From positions 24,118,001 through 24,182,000 of the forward strand of contig NC_086109.1 of NCBI RefSeq assembly GCF_963921235.1: a stretch of 64,000 bases of DNA, in the 5' to 3' direction. Position 1 is the stretch's first letter; each line of letters opens with the position of its first letter. The notes beneath the pieces are model-generated. The model saw nothing but the letters and a program-made list of their open reading frames with translations, ran no database searches and was not told where the DNA came from. Position numbers and translations under genes: made by a program. Source of the DNA: Mobula hypostoma. Lineage: Eukaryota. Below, one piece after another: positions 51,215-64,000 of the stretch.

Positions 51215-53660
51215 TTCCTCATTTGATAACCTACTCTTTTCGAAAACTTATTATTAAATTTTGTCTTTACAGTCGTGGAGTAAAAATGGAGACCTAAACT
51301 GTGCAATGCATCAGGTGCAGGGCCATTAAAGACCTGCCAAGTGTATTCCATTCCCTTTGAATTTAAGAACAAACTCATATTTCTCTTCTTAGGTGTTTGC
51401 TGTATCTGCATGCTAACTTTCTGTGTTCGTTCCATGCGGTCTTTAAGAGAAGCTGTGTCAAGCTGTAGTCTTGCACTGGTGTAATTATGCTCTCCTTTTC
51501 TGTTCTTCCAAAGTGGATAACTTCACACTTTACCTCAGAGTACTGCACTGTCGGTCATCGGTATGCCCAATCACTTAACCTCCTTATGTTTCTTTGCCTT
51601 TCAGAGAAGTTACCTTGAACCAATTTTTTGTGCTGGTAGCTCAGATGGATACATGACCTTCAGTCCCTTCACACATTTCATAATTATAAATGGCAAACAC
51701 CCAAGACCCCCGCAGTGATCCTGTTTGGCACATCACTAACAAATTTTAAAATGACTTGTTTATTCTTACCCCTTCTTTTCGATACAATAACCAGTCTTCT
51801 ATCCACAGCAATGATCTCTTCAAGTCGTGAACCCTGATCTTGTTCAGTAATCTTTCATCTGTCACTTTCTCAAATGCCCTTTGAAATTCTAAATTCACTA
51901 TATCCATTGCCTCCCTGTTTGATGATTGCATTCTCAGAAAACTCAAATAAATTTATTAAATGTGATTTATTTTTAATAAATCCATGCTGTTTCTGACTAA
52001 TCATATTATGATTTTCTCAGTGCTCTATTATCTCCTCATTAGTGATGGATTGCTGCATTTTCCTAACAAATGATACGACACCGGCTGGTATTTACTTCCT
52101 TCCTTTCTTAAAGAGCACTGTTACATTTATGTTTCCCAATCCACTGGAAGTTTTTCAGAATCTAGAGAATTCTGGAAAATGTAACGTTGTATCCATTATC
52201 TGTTTAAGAGCCTTGTTGACAGTTCCAAAATACAGCTCATTAAATTCTGGGAAGTGATCATCACACAGTCCCATCATTTGTTAAATTAATTTTCTCCAGT
52301 GTCATGGATTTTTTTTTAAATTCTCCACTCTTTTTCTCTTGATTATTTCTATTTTTGGTGTATCTCTCTCCTTTTTTTTTAGCATCTTTTACGTTTATGT
52401 CTCTGTCATTTCCTCATTTGGCGTCACTAATTCCAGGAGATGAGTGTTTACTTATGATACTCTCTTCAACTTAGAGTACTTGCAAACGCTATTACAACAT
52501 GCTTTATTCTATTAGTCCATATTCCCTTGCGTAAAACAAATTCTTTGTCATCTTTTGCAGGTTGCTGAAAATTTTCCCACTTGTCAGACCTATTTGTACT
52601 TGTGCATTCATGAACCTTGCTTGTAACCATTCCTTCCTCCAGCTGCCCATGGATGGATTTCTTTTCCCATGGGATCTTTGTTTCACAATGGAAAATGGAT
52701 GAGTTGAGAATTATGGATACACCAACGGATGCCACTGAGCCTTGACCATTCTCACTTGATTTCCCACTGACCAGTGAAAGTATCAATTATGGCTTTGTAG
52801 TCACTTCATTAAAGACATATATTCGCAACCTGCTTATCACTCTCAAGTAGAATGGGTGGGCTAGATTGCTCTCATTCTGTGACCAAACCAAAATATTGCA
52901 GCCACCTGGTTCCTGAATTCCCTGCTTGCTGATGATTAAAGACATTTGGAAATAAATGAAATAAAAAGAAGAAGAAATTAAAGAAAAACAACGTTTATAA
53001 TGTTAAGTTAAGGCACCTGTTGGTCTTGCGAGACCATGGATCTGCGCCTGGAAAGTCTTCACTCTCCAGGGCGCAAGCCTGCCCGAGGTTGTATGGAAGA
53101 CCGGCAGTTGCCCATGCTGCGAGTCTCTCCTCTCCACGACACCGACGTTCTCCAAGGGAAGGGCAAGGGCCGATACAGCATTTAAATTAATTTATTAAAA
53201 CTTAAAATTAGATTAAAAAGTTTAAAAATGAAGGCCGATGAATTCATTTAGAAGAATAGGCTATGCTAGATGCAATGGTTAGCTCTGGCTTAAAGTTGAG
53301 AGACTAAAATGATGTGTCATAGATCATGCCCTTGAGTGCACGGATAGGGGAAAAAATCAAGTGTGCACGTATTTGACCTCCATTATGTTTCTACCTTGTG
53401 TCCTGCATTGGGTGTGCATGGACGCTTGTCTTGTGTTATCATGCCATCTGGAAGTAGCAGGCACTTCTCAGCAGACCCAGCAGCATTTGCAATTATATTA
53501 TGATCACTCTTTCCCAGAGAATCATGTACCACTGAATGAATTATTGATCCAGTTCCATTACATATGACTGCATCAAAAATAATCTGTTCCTTAATTTGAT
53601 CCACAATATTCTGTATGAGGAAATCATCCTAAACTCATTTCTTAGTCTCATCCTCAAGCA
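51215..53660 (-). mobile_element. Older, fragmented CR1 LINE interrupted by other repeats
   Basis: ORF 51746-51946 (MDIVNLEFQRAFEKV..RLLNKIRVH..LLWIEDWL) and the LGKSDHNII endonuclease motif in ORF 53383-53604. Confidence 0.7.
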
Positions 53661-53839
53661 AAATTAATTTGCCTAGACCTCATGCACGTTAAAGGTCGCA
53701 AGACAACAATTTTCATGACATTTGTAAGTGATATTAAACCTGATTTTGATTCTATGATTATTTCACAATTGTTGCACACCCTTCATACATGATGGTATAG
53801 CAATTGTTATTCAAAAGGGCAAGGCAGTCAGTTAGCTTA

Positions 53840-54035
53840 AACATGAGAAAATATGCAGATGCTGGAAATCCAAAACCAACACACACAAAATGCTGGAGGA
53901 ACTCAGCAGGTCAGGCAGCATCTATGAGTTTTGAGTAAACAGTCAATGTTTCGGGCCGAGACCCTTCATCAGGTCCTGTCCTGAAGGAGGGTCTTGGCCT
54001 GAAATGCCAACTGTTTACTCTTTTCCATACACATT
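53840..54035. mobile_element. Penelope-terminal fold-back with two back-to-back degenerate hammerhead motifs
   Basis: Minus copy 53940-53975 (CTGATGA..GAAAC ATT) abuts plus copy 53978-54013 (CTGAAGG..GAAAT GCC). Confidence 0.75.
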
Positions 54036-54084
54036 TCTGGGCTGAACGAAGATCATAGTTGGGAAATTTAACATCCAAGGATAG

Positions 54085-56725
54085 GCACTGTATCAAAAGG
54101 ATAAGCAGGTAATCTGAGGTGATGGTGTGGTTCTGTCGGTAAAAAAAATGAAACCAAATCCTTAGAAAGAGGTGACATATGATTGGAAGATATAGAATCC
54201 TGGAGGGTAGAGTGAAGAAAATGCAAGAGTAAAAAGACCCTGACTGGAGTTATATGCAAGCATCTGAACAGTTGCCAGGATGTGCACTACAAATTATAAT
54301 GGAAGATTGAAAATGCATGTCAAAAGGCCAATGTTATGATAGTCATGCAGGATTTCAATATGCAGGTAGTTTTGGAAAATCAGGTTTGTTCTGGATCCCA
54401 AGAGAGAGAACTTGTAGAATGCCTAAGGGGTGACTTTTTTAGAGCAGCTTGTGGTTGAGCCCTCTACGAGAAAAGGCTATTCTGGACTGGGTTTTGTGAA
54501 ATTAAACCAGATTTGATTACGGAGCTTAATGTAAAGGAACCCTTAGGAGACAGTGATCATATGATAGACTTCATCCTGCAATTGAGAAGGAGAAGCTAAA
54601 TTCCGATGATTCAGTACTAAAGTGGAGTAAGGGAATTATAGAGGCACGAGAGAGGAGCTGGCCAATGTGAATGGAAGGGTCACTCGCAGGCTGATGGCAA
54701 AACAGCAATGGCTGGAGTTTCTGGGAGATATTCTAAAGACTCATGATAGATACATGCCAAAGAAGTATTCTAAAGACAGGATGGCACAACAGTGGCTGTC
54801 AAGCAAAGTCAAAATCAATATAAAAACAAAAAGGAGAGGAAAAATTAGTGGCGGGGTAGAGGATTGGAAAGGTTTTAAAAAACAACAGAAGGCAACTAAA
54901 AATACCATAAGGAGGGAAAAGGTAAGATAGCCAATTATATCAAAAGGATACCCAAAGTTTACTCTGATAAATAAGAGCAAAAGAGAGGCAAGAATAGATG
55001 TCAAACCACTGGAAAATGATGCTGGAGAGGTAGTAATGGAGGACAAGGAAATGGTGGATGAACTAAATAAAATTTTGTATCCTACTTCACTGTGGAAGTC
55101 ACTAACAGTATGCCAGAAGTTTGAGAGTGTCAGGGGAAAGAAGTGAGTGAAATTGTTATTACCAGGGAGAAGGTACCTGGGAAGTTGAAAGATGTGAAGG
55201 TATATAAGTCATACAGACCAGATGGACTACACCACAGGATTCTGAAAGAGGTGGCTGAGGAGATTGTGGAGGCATCAGTAATGATCTTTCAAGAATTGTA
55301 GGACTGGAAAATTGCAAATGTAGTTCCACTCTTCAAGAAGAGAGGGAGGAGGATGAAAGGAAACTATGGGCCAGTTAGCCTGACCTCAGTGGTTGGGAAG
55401 ATGTTGGAGTTGATTGTTAAGGATAAGGTTTCAGGGCACTTGGAAGCACATGATAAAATAGGTCAAGTCAGAACAAGTTCCTTATGGGAAAATCTTGCCT
55501 GACAAATCTGTTAGAATTTTTTGAGGAACTAACAAGCACGATAGACAAATGAGAATTGGTGGATGTCAGTTCTTGGATTTTCGGAAGGCCTTCGACAAGG
55601 TGCTGCTCATGAGGCTGCTTAACAGGATAAGAATCCATGGTTTAACGGGAAAGATACCAGCATAGATAGAAGATTGGCTGATTGTCAGGAAGCAAACAGT
55701 GTGAATAAAGGGAGCCTTTTGTGGTTGGCTGCCGGTAAGTCATGGTATTCCGCAGGGGTTGGTGTGGGACAACTTCATTTTATGTTTAATATCAATGAAT
55801 AATTGATGATTTTGTGGCCAAGTTTGCAGGCGATACAGAGGTAGGTTAAGGGCAGGTAGTACTGAGCAAGAAGGGAAGCTGTAAAAGGACTGAGACAGAT
55901 TAGGAGAATGGGCAAAGAAGTGGCAGATGGAACACAGTGTTGGAAAGTGTATGACCGTGCACTTTGGTAGACTGAGCAAAAACATAGCCTATTTTCTAGC
56001 CGGGCAGAAAATTCAAAAATCAGAGGTGCAAGAGGACTTGGGAGTCCTTGTGCAGGATTCCCTAAAGGTTAACTTTCAGGTTGAGTCAGTGGTGAGGAAG
56101 GCAAATGCAACATTCGCATTCATTTCATGCGGACTAGAATATAAAAGTGAGGATGTAATGCTGAGGCTTTCTAACGCACTGGAGGGTGCTCACTTGAAGT
56201 AATGTGAGCGGTTTTGGGCTCCCTACCTAAGAAAGGATGATCTGACATTGGACAGGGCTCGGAGGAGGTTCATGAGAATGATTCCGGAATGAAAGGTTTA
56301 TTGTATGAGGAGTGTTTGATGGCTCTGAGCCTAAACTTGCTGGAATTTAGAAGAATGAGGGGGGATCTTATTGAAACCTATTGAATATTGATAGATAGAG
56401 TAGATGCGGAGAGGATATTTCCTATAGTCTAGGATCAGAGGGCACAGCCTCAGAATAGAGGGATGTCCATTTAGAATGGAGATGAAGAGTAATTTCTTTA
56501 GCCAGAGGGTGGTGAATCAATGGAATTCATTTCCACAGACATCTTTAGAGGCCAGGTTATTGGGTATATTTAAGGTGGAGGTTGATACATTCTTAATTGG
56601 TCAGGTGTGAAGTGTTAGGGGAGGAGAATGAAGCTGAGAGGGAAAATAGATCAGCTATGATGAAACAGCAGAGCAGACTCAATGGTCCAAATGGCCTAAT
56701 TGTTCTCCTTTGCCTTATGGTCTTA
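54085..56725 (+). mobile_element. CR1 LINE ORF2 (endonuclease plus RT), 5'-truncated and frameshifted
   Basis: Motifs DFN, SDH, DWKIANVVPLFK, GKSCLTNLLEFFE, DFRKAFDKV, WAKKWQME, DLGVLVQDSLKV; CR1 3' tail. Confidence 0.92.
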
Positions 56726-57839
56726 TGCTACATTGCTATTGTTATATTTGCTGGTCATCCCCGTCACACTTCTGTTCAGCAAGTCCCACTGTGTTAATAC
56801 CTTCCCCTTTCACTTTTAATTTCCCAATTTCCCCTCACCCGAACTCTCCCCTAGGTATATCTTGCGTGTAGCCTATCCTAAAAGAAAAATTGCTTCTCTT
56901 ACATGCTGCTACCCGTACACCAAGAATCAAAATCTTTTTTCTCACACACCACTATCTGACCACACATTCAAATAGCTGAGACGCTTGACCCTACGTAAGT
57001 TTGCATGTGGCTCTCGCGGTGGTCTCGATATTATTACCTCTGCTTATTAATTTACTGAATCCCTCTGCAGAATTTTCTTCAGTCTACCTCTGTTGATGTT
57101 ACTTATGTGGATCACGACAACTGGATTCCTTAACAATGGCAACAGACAACTTTTAGGTTTCTCATTGACAGCTGCAGAGAACAATATACATCTCTGTGAC
57201 TATACTGTTCCCTGCAGCTGCAGTTCTCAATTTCACTTACCCCTCTTGAATGATCTTGAAACCCATGGTGATCTGGTCAGATTGCACATCCTTCATATTG
57301 CCTTTGTTTATATTTATGCAGGCAGAGCTATTGTTCTACTCGTCAGACAGCATCAAAGGCCGAGTCTCGGGTGCTGCAACTCCAGAACCGTGCTTGTCTG
57401 TTACTGCCTGACGTGCAGGCACCTCTCCCTGTGATCACTGCACAATGCATGTCACAAGCAACTTTCCAATGATTTTCTTCCCCTCACCCAAAGTTCTCTG
57501 ACTAATCTTGGTGATAGAAATAACACAATAGGATTTGCTTGAGGTATAGTTGGGATTTCAGTTTAATAGGTGATCCCAAAGAGGGTAATTCCAACAGTGT
57601 AGCATGCCCCCTGTATGGCACTGGCTCTTAAAACCAATTACAATAACTTATATTTATATTCTATCCATAATGGAATAGCAACTTCAAATCTGATGAGAAA
57701 AGCATTTTCATTAAAGAAAAATTGCTATAAGAAACTACATGTTCAGCATGACGCGTCTTCAGGGTAAAAGCAATGCATTACTGACAACTCAAACCGAGTG
57801 TGGAGTCAGTCTTTATACCCTGACTGCCCCCAGTTTAAC

Positions 57840-59060
57840 CCCCACTGAAAAAGCAAAAAAAAATAGCAAGTTTGAACCACCCCCGTCCTACTATGGGGGA
57901 ATTTACATTAAAAGTAATGTTTTGGCATACTTAGATAAAAAGATAATTCAATTCTGGTGAAACACATTGCAGATTTATGAAAAGGCTGGATTGTGTCAAA
58001 CCAGAAGTTGATATTTTTGCAAGAAGAATTAAAAAAATTCTTCTACTTTAGACAAACAAGAGAGATAGTGTTTCCTTAACAGCCGAGCCTTTTCAAATGC
58101 TAACTCCAATTGCTGCTCTCTCAAGATGAAAACCATCTGTCTCATAAGTGCACTTTACTCTCACTGCGCAATAAAACCCCACAACCTGCCTGCCGTCTGT
58201 GATTGACTCTCAACGGCGATTTCACTTCAATGCCACATTGCCAACAAAAAATGTTTCTTTTTTTTTCTTTAAACAGGCGCAGCTACAGAAGTTTGGTCTC
58301 AGTGCCAACATAAGCAGGGAGCCCAACAAGGAGTGCGAGACTAGGACTATGACTCGAAAGCCTCTTCCTCTTTGAAAAGAGAAAGCTATTCATTTTTCCC
58401 CTCTGCTCAAACAAAATAACCATTGTTGTCCTGTGACTCTGACAGGTTTTATTAGGTCTGAGTTCTGGCTTGAAAGAGAGAGAGAGGGAGAGAGGGAGAA
58501 GGAGGGAGAGATAGATAGAGAGAGAGGGGGGGGTTTGGAGAGAGAAAAAGAAAGGGGAAGGGAGAGGGAGAGGGAGAAAGAAGGGGAGAGAAAAAGAGAG
58601 GGAGGGAGAGAGGGATAGAAAGAGAGAGAGAGGGAAAGAGGAAGCGAGGGAGAGAGGGACAGAAATTGAGGGAGAGAGAAAAAGAGAGAGGGAGAGATGG
58701 AGAAAGACAGGGAGAGAGGGACAGAAAGATAGAGGAAGATTGAGCAATGGGGGGGAGAGAGAGAGAGAGCGCGCGTAGTGTATGTGTGTGTGTTGGGGTA
58801 GTGTACAGGGAGAGAGGGGTCACCAGAGTGAAACTAAGCCTCTAAGTCTGGCACTACAGCTGACAGCATGCTTTTGGTCCTTTGTAACGTCAATAACCAG
58901 GGGTGTAAATATGAAGTGGGAATCAGAATAGATTAGCCAAGATATTGCTGCCCCTCTGCGATTAAAAAAAACTTCTCCGTAGACAGCTTTCCATCTAATT
59001 CTAGACCTTCGCTTAAAATTCTCCGACCTCTTGTGATTTGTAGTTCTTCCTGTTTCTGTA
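57840..59060 (-). promoter_or_regulatory. Candidate second internal promoter or conserved non-coding block
   Basis: Transposon-free sequence with retained CpGs (gcgcgcg ~58769), a GA/CT tract, ACGTCA 58887-58892 and a possible donor CTAA|gtatgc near 57930. Same layout as the 24-25 kb island. Confidence 0.4.
58472..58770 (+). repeat. GA/polypurine tract
   Basis: Seen directly. Confidence 0.95.
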
Positions 59061-59554
59061 TTCTCCACACACCCTGACTGAATAAAAAGATAAAAACACA
59101 AAATCCAATGGTGAGAAATTAGAAATTCAAGGTAATTCTCAAATATTATTTCTCTGATTAATTTCCTGCTGTTCCCCCCATTTCTTCTGGAAGACCTGAA
59201 CCTCTCCCAAGCATATTACCAAAATGACTATGTGGGAACTTCAGAAGTGAGTTTTAGCCAAGGATTGGGTATGAGCCTAACCCTGATAATAGGCAAGCCC
59301 TTTAACTAGCCAGTGAGGTAATTTCTTTCTCCAAAAGCTACAATATGCTCAGACAAATTGCCTGAGTACAAAAGAGGTATTAACTTATAACACATCAGGA
59401 GTATAAATAGTTTTATCGAAAACCAGGTATGTTATCCTGTTATGCAATTGCCCATTATGCTATCATGGTCTGAATAGGTTAGACATTCCACTGATGATTA
59501 AATAGCTCTTGCTTCAGAGTTTTATTCCTCCAAGACAACCACAACCTCCTCACA

Positions 59555-60190
59555 AGGGAGGAGAAGATGGCAGCCTGCACGGCCGTTCCGAATGAATATC
59601 ATATTTGTGAAGTAGGATGCCGTGCACAATCCGGATTTGATGGAGACAGCTGTGAGAAGCGCAGAGGAACATCTGGAGTAACTTCTGAAATGCCTGCTTC
59701 GCTGCCACTGCTACTGTGCGATCGAGAATCTCCGGAGACGAAGGACCCAAATCCTTGGCTTTGCCTATTGCCTGTTGCCGGGGCCCGGGTCGAAGCGCTG
59801 GGCAGAGATGGTGCTCAGCGCTCAGTGTCGAAGAGGTGGTCGGAGGCTCTGAGTTTTCGGATGGACTCAGAGTCGGACTGTGGTCGGATACTTCCAGGAT
59901 GCTGCAACGGCAAATTGGCGGTGCTGGAGGTTTACAGTCTACGTGAGATGATGAGACTTTCGAGAGACTTTGAGACTTTTACTGTGCCATGGTCTGTTCT
60001 TATCAAACTACGGTATTGCTTTGCACTGTTGTAACTATATGTTATAATTATGTGGTTTTTGTTAGTCTTTAAGTCGGTTTGTCACGTGTTTTCGTGATAT
60101 CATTCTGGAAAAACATTGTATCATTTCTTAATGCATGCATTACTAAATGACAATAAAAGGGGCCTGTGTGTCCTCATAATCATAATAATA
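59555..60190 (+). mobile_element. ~630-bp non-autonomous retroposon starting aagatggc
   Basis: Closely homologous, in reverse complement, to ~8952-9560; ends tgacaataaa..cctcataat plus a short repeat tail. Confidence 0.8.
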
Positions 60191-63100
60191 ACCTTGTCAT
60201 CGTTAGGAGGCTTGAGTGCCTCAATGATCCGGAGAGCTATGTTGGCAGGAGTCAGGGCATTATGCTTTTGCTCTTGGTAGGGTCAACCATGCCAAATAGG
60301 TCAAAGGGTAGAGGTACAGTGTGGCCCACCAGTCTCCAAGTTTGGGGTTTCAGCTCAGGGCTAACAAACGTGACCAGTAAAACAAAGTCTTTAAGGAAAC
60401 AGCAATGAAGAATTCTTCTCCATCTGAGTGCAACAGTATTCCTGAGTCTCCAACCAGAACTTGTATGACTGACAGTAGTGAAAACCGAGAGGAAGCTACT
60501 GACATGGTGAAGGAAGCCTTGAACACCACCAGAGATGGAGGACCTTCATTGCTTCCCTCACCACCAGTGGTATAACAGGCAGATGCTTCCCAGTTTTATT
60601 GGGAACAATTATTTTTCAGAAAGGACGTTAGTGTGTTTACATCTCATACTCCATGCATTATTGGATTGTTTGTTTGTTATGTGCCCTGTTGTATGATGTA
60701 GGAGATCATGGTCTTTCCATCATCATGATTGTTCTTGGCAAATTTTTCTACAGAACTGGTCTGCCATTGCCTTCTTCTTGACAGTGCCTTTACAAAGTGG
60801 GTGACCCTAGACATTATCAATACTTCAGAGGTTTTGCCTGGCATCAGTGGTCACATAACCAGAATTTGTGTTATACACCAGCTTATTGGTATAGGAAGAT
60901 AAATGCTCTGACAAAAAACCTCAGTTTTTTTAAATTCACTCAGTGTAAATCCACTGACTAGCTTAAAGAACAACATTTAAACAATTCCTCAGAGAAACTC
61001 AGATGTCAACTGCAGATGGTGAATTCGATGATAAAGGTGAGCTTCAAGTAGAGCCAATGTGTACTTAGTGACAGATCCAACCGTCCAGTCCTTAGTTCTG
61101 ATCTACTGCATCATCTGCGGATGAAGCTCAATCACTTCAGGAGCAGAGTGGTTGGATGTGCTGCCAGTGATTATAAGTGGGCCCTTTTTAGCAGTACTTA
61201 TTGATGTTGTGTCAGTTAGACGTTTTTGGCCCTGGATTTGGAAGCTCCACCCATTGACATCGGCTGCCTTGATCCAAACAGACCTACGTAATGCCCTTAA
61301 CTCAGCTAATGAATGATTGGAACATAACACAACACTTAACAGTCTATTTTACTCATAAAGTCTTGTCCTTTCCACATATAGCTATTTGGCTTAAAGTTAG
61401 GAGACCACAAACTATACTGAAGGCAAAAATGTTCCCAGGCCTGAAACAAATGCAAGAAGGCTCAAATTTCATGCTTCTTCCCAAAATCACTTAACAAAAA
61501 CTATGCATCCCAGAAGCAAAACAGGGTCAGATAATATTTAAAAGGCCCCTTCCTTGTATGTTTAGAGGCCCGAACACAATCTCCAGGCCCAATCTCTGAA
61601 ACTGGTCAAATTTAGATTGATTTAGCTGGATTTCATTTTTCTTAAAATGACTTGTGCCAATAGATTCTCCAAGGACTTAACAGAGAATGAGTAAGGAATT
61701 TACAAAAACAATATTGCACAATGGTGAATGTAAAGAAGTTGATCAAAAGCTCTCCCTTAACATTCCAGAAACTTCTATATTTTGTAATGCTGTGCACCTG
61801 TTCATTGCCAATTTAGAACAAATCAGTGTGAGTAATATAAGCACAACCATTAACCACAAGGAGAAGCAAAGACAGGGAGAAACAAATACAGGCAGAGAGA
61901 CAGAGAGCCACAGACACTGAGACACTGAGCAGGGAGGAAGGGAAAGATGGAGGGAAAGTACAGAGATTTTGAGGAAGGTAGATGGAGAGGATGGGGAAGA
62001 CAACAATATAGGCAGGGAAAAGGACAAAAAGGAAAAAAACAAGAATGTGGGAAAACCAAAACAAAAGCTTTGATCTTAAGTCTGCAGAGTATTTGGCTGT
62101 CTATATGGTGATGTATGCAGGAAACTCACCCACTGTAAGAGAAATCAGGCCCCATTAAGATTTGACTCCTGGGCCTCATTAACTTGTTAACCCTCTGGCC
62201 TAACATTCCATCAGGAATGCTTTGGGGAATGAGGGGCATTGCTTAGTGGCCTGTGAAAATCATGATCTTCCTTGGTCAGAGGGATATTGAAGATAGGAAA
62301 TTTTTAAATAATAATTGGATGTGGGCTTTGGTAGAAAGGAAAATATTTACCACCCATCTCTTTTTGATCTTAAGGAGCTGATAGTGAACTGTTGTTTTTC
62401 TTCTAGTGAATTGGGGTGGGAATCCGAAGATATAGCCGCGGCAGCAAAGAAGGAACAGCAATCTGTTTCCAACTCTGAGTAAGTAGAAACTGCAGGTGGC
62501 AGTGCATCCTTTGCCCTCGTCCTTCTTGGTTGCAGCCATTACTGTTCAGGATACAGTATGTCACCAAAGTAGCCTTGGAGAGTGGTTGCCCCTATAGTCA
62601 TTGGAATGCATGTTTCAGGCGAAGAATGAAGTAGGCTACTTCATCCTGGATAAAATTGGAATGATTTTCATGGAGACAAGTTGAGAGCAGTTTATCACAC
62701 ACCCGACATGCCTTGTAGATGGTGGAAAAGCACTCACCACAGGTTGCTCATCCTCTGACATTCCCATAAGGCTGCAGTATATTTGTGGCTAGTCTGGTTA
62801 ATATCTGATCAGTAGTGACTCCAAGGACATTAATGGGAGCGCGCTTAGTAATGGTAATATCACCAGTGCCAAGGTCAGTTGGTTAGATTGTCTCTCTAGA
62901 TGCAGTCAACTTTCTGCACACACAGCAGTCCACGTCGGAACATGTCCTAGGTCTTACTGTCTATAGGATGATAATCACCTTCCGCGGTGTTACATTTGTC
63001 ACTGAACGTTGAGCAATTATCTCTCGCTATCAGGACATCTGACCTTGTGAATGAAGGAAAGATATTGATGGAAGGTTGGCTGCATCAAGATTGCTGCCCT

Positions 63101-64000
63101 AAGGATGTTAGAGCATAGAACATAGAACATTATAGCACAGTACAGGCCCCCTTTGGCCCACGATGTTGTGCCGACTTTTTAAACTACTCTAAGATCAATC
63201 TAACACTTCCCTCTTACAAAGCTCTCCATTTTTCTCTCATCCATGTGCCTATGTAAGATTTTCTTAAATGTCCCTAAAGTATCCTCTTCTTCCACCGTCC
63301 CTAGCACGGTATTTCACCCTGAAGGGTTTCAGCCTGAAACGTCGACTGTTTACTCTTTTCCATAGATGCTGCCTGGCCTGCTGAGTTCCTCCAGCATTTT
63401 GTGTATGTTACTTTGATTTCCAGCATCTGCAGATTCTCTTGTCTGCTCCTTGATTCGATTGGCTTAAATTTTAGGAGAGTTCTTGTGCAACACTCAGTCA
63501 AATGCGATCTTGATGTTAAGAGCAGTCATTCTAATTTTATTTAAGGAACTTGGTGCTTTTGCCTATCCTTGGACCAAAGTTTGGGCCAAGTGATCCATCT
63601 AGTGAAAACTAAAACTGATCCTTACTGAACAGATTATTGAGGAGTAAATGCTGCTTGTTAGCACAGCAGGCAACATCTTCCATCTCTTCACTGATTAACA
63701 AGAACAATGTGACTGATTTTAACAGACCACTTGGTCTTTGCTAGGTGGCAAGATTAGTGTCCTCCAAAATTTTAGAGTGAAAGAGAAAGCACAAGACATG
63801 GAGATGGAGAAACGTAGTAATGAAGTATGTATCCAACTGTGGAAATAGCAACACACTCAAAATACTGGAGCAACTCAGCAGGTCAGGCAGCATTCGTGGA
63901 AAAGAATAAACAGTTGGTGATTCGGACCGAGACCCTTCACCAGGACTGACAAGGTAGTGGGAAGATGCCAGACTAAAAAGGTAGGGGGTGGGGAAGGAAG

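Larger units (their letters stand above)
43476..64000 (-). other. Intron upstream of the FOXP exon (>20 kb, continues past the window end)
   Basis: No FOXP initiator exon recognised in this interval; sequence is repeats plus non-coding unique DNA. Confidence 0.65.

Noticed and set aside
59567-60034. 155-aa ORF with an apparent paralogue at 9108-9482
   Set aside because: The similarity reflects two copies of a young non-coding repeat.
63318-63348. Plus-strand hammerhead-like ..GAAACGTCgactg
   Set aside because: The CUGANGA core and 5' stem I are truncated, so it is not counted as intact.

Overview
Eukaryotic, repeat-rich vertebrate DNA. The mix of CR1, Rex1/Babar, V-SINE, DeuSINE and Penelope repeats points to a cartilaginous fish, probably a ray (inference). 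The whole window appears to be intronic to one minus-strand FOXP-family gene, most like FOXP4. Its only recognisable coding exon is 90 nt at 43386-43475 (ALQAARQLLLHQATGLNSPTTNEKQQQTVQ); the flanking coding exons lie outside the window. Almost all supplied ORFs are spurious or transposon debris. The best hidden signal is a dispersed family of Penelope-type terminal repeats carrying a minimal type I hammerhead ribozyme motif (stem I-CUGANGA-stem II-GAAA(C/U)-GUC-stem I'). It includes a 124-bp ribozyme-only insertion with a 13-bp TSD and a ~220-bp fold-back insertion with a 14-bp TSD. Near-intact copies are antisense to FOXP and all sense copies seen are damaged. Other signals: two candidate internal FOXP promoters (~24-25 kb and ~58-59 kb), candidate cryptic or poison exons, a twin-priming-like CR1 5' inversion, an E-box minisatellite beside the exon, and an RFX X-box. 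There is one 154-nt assembly gap. Repeat boundaries are approximate and family names come from motif recognition, not database searches.
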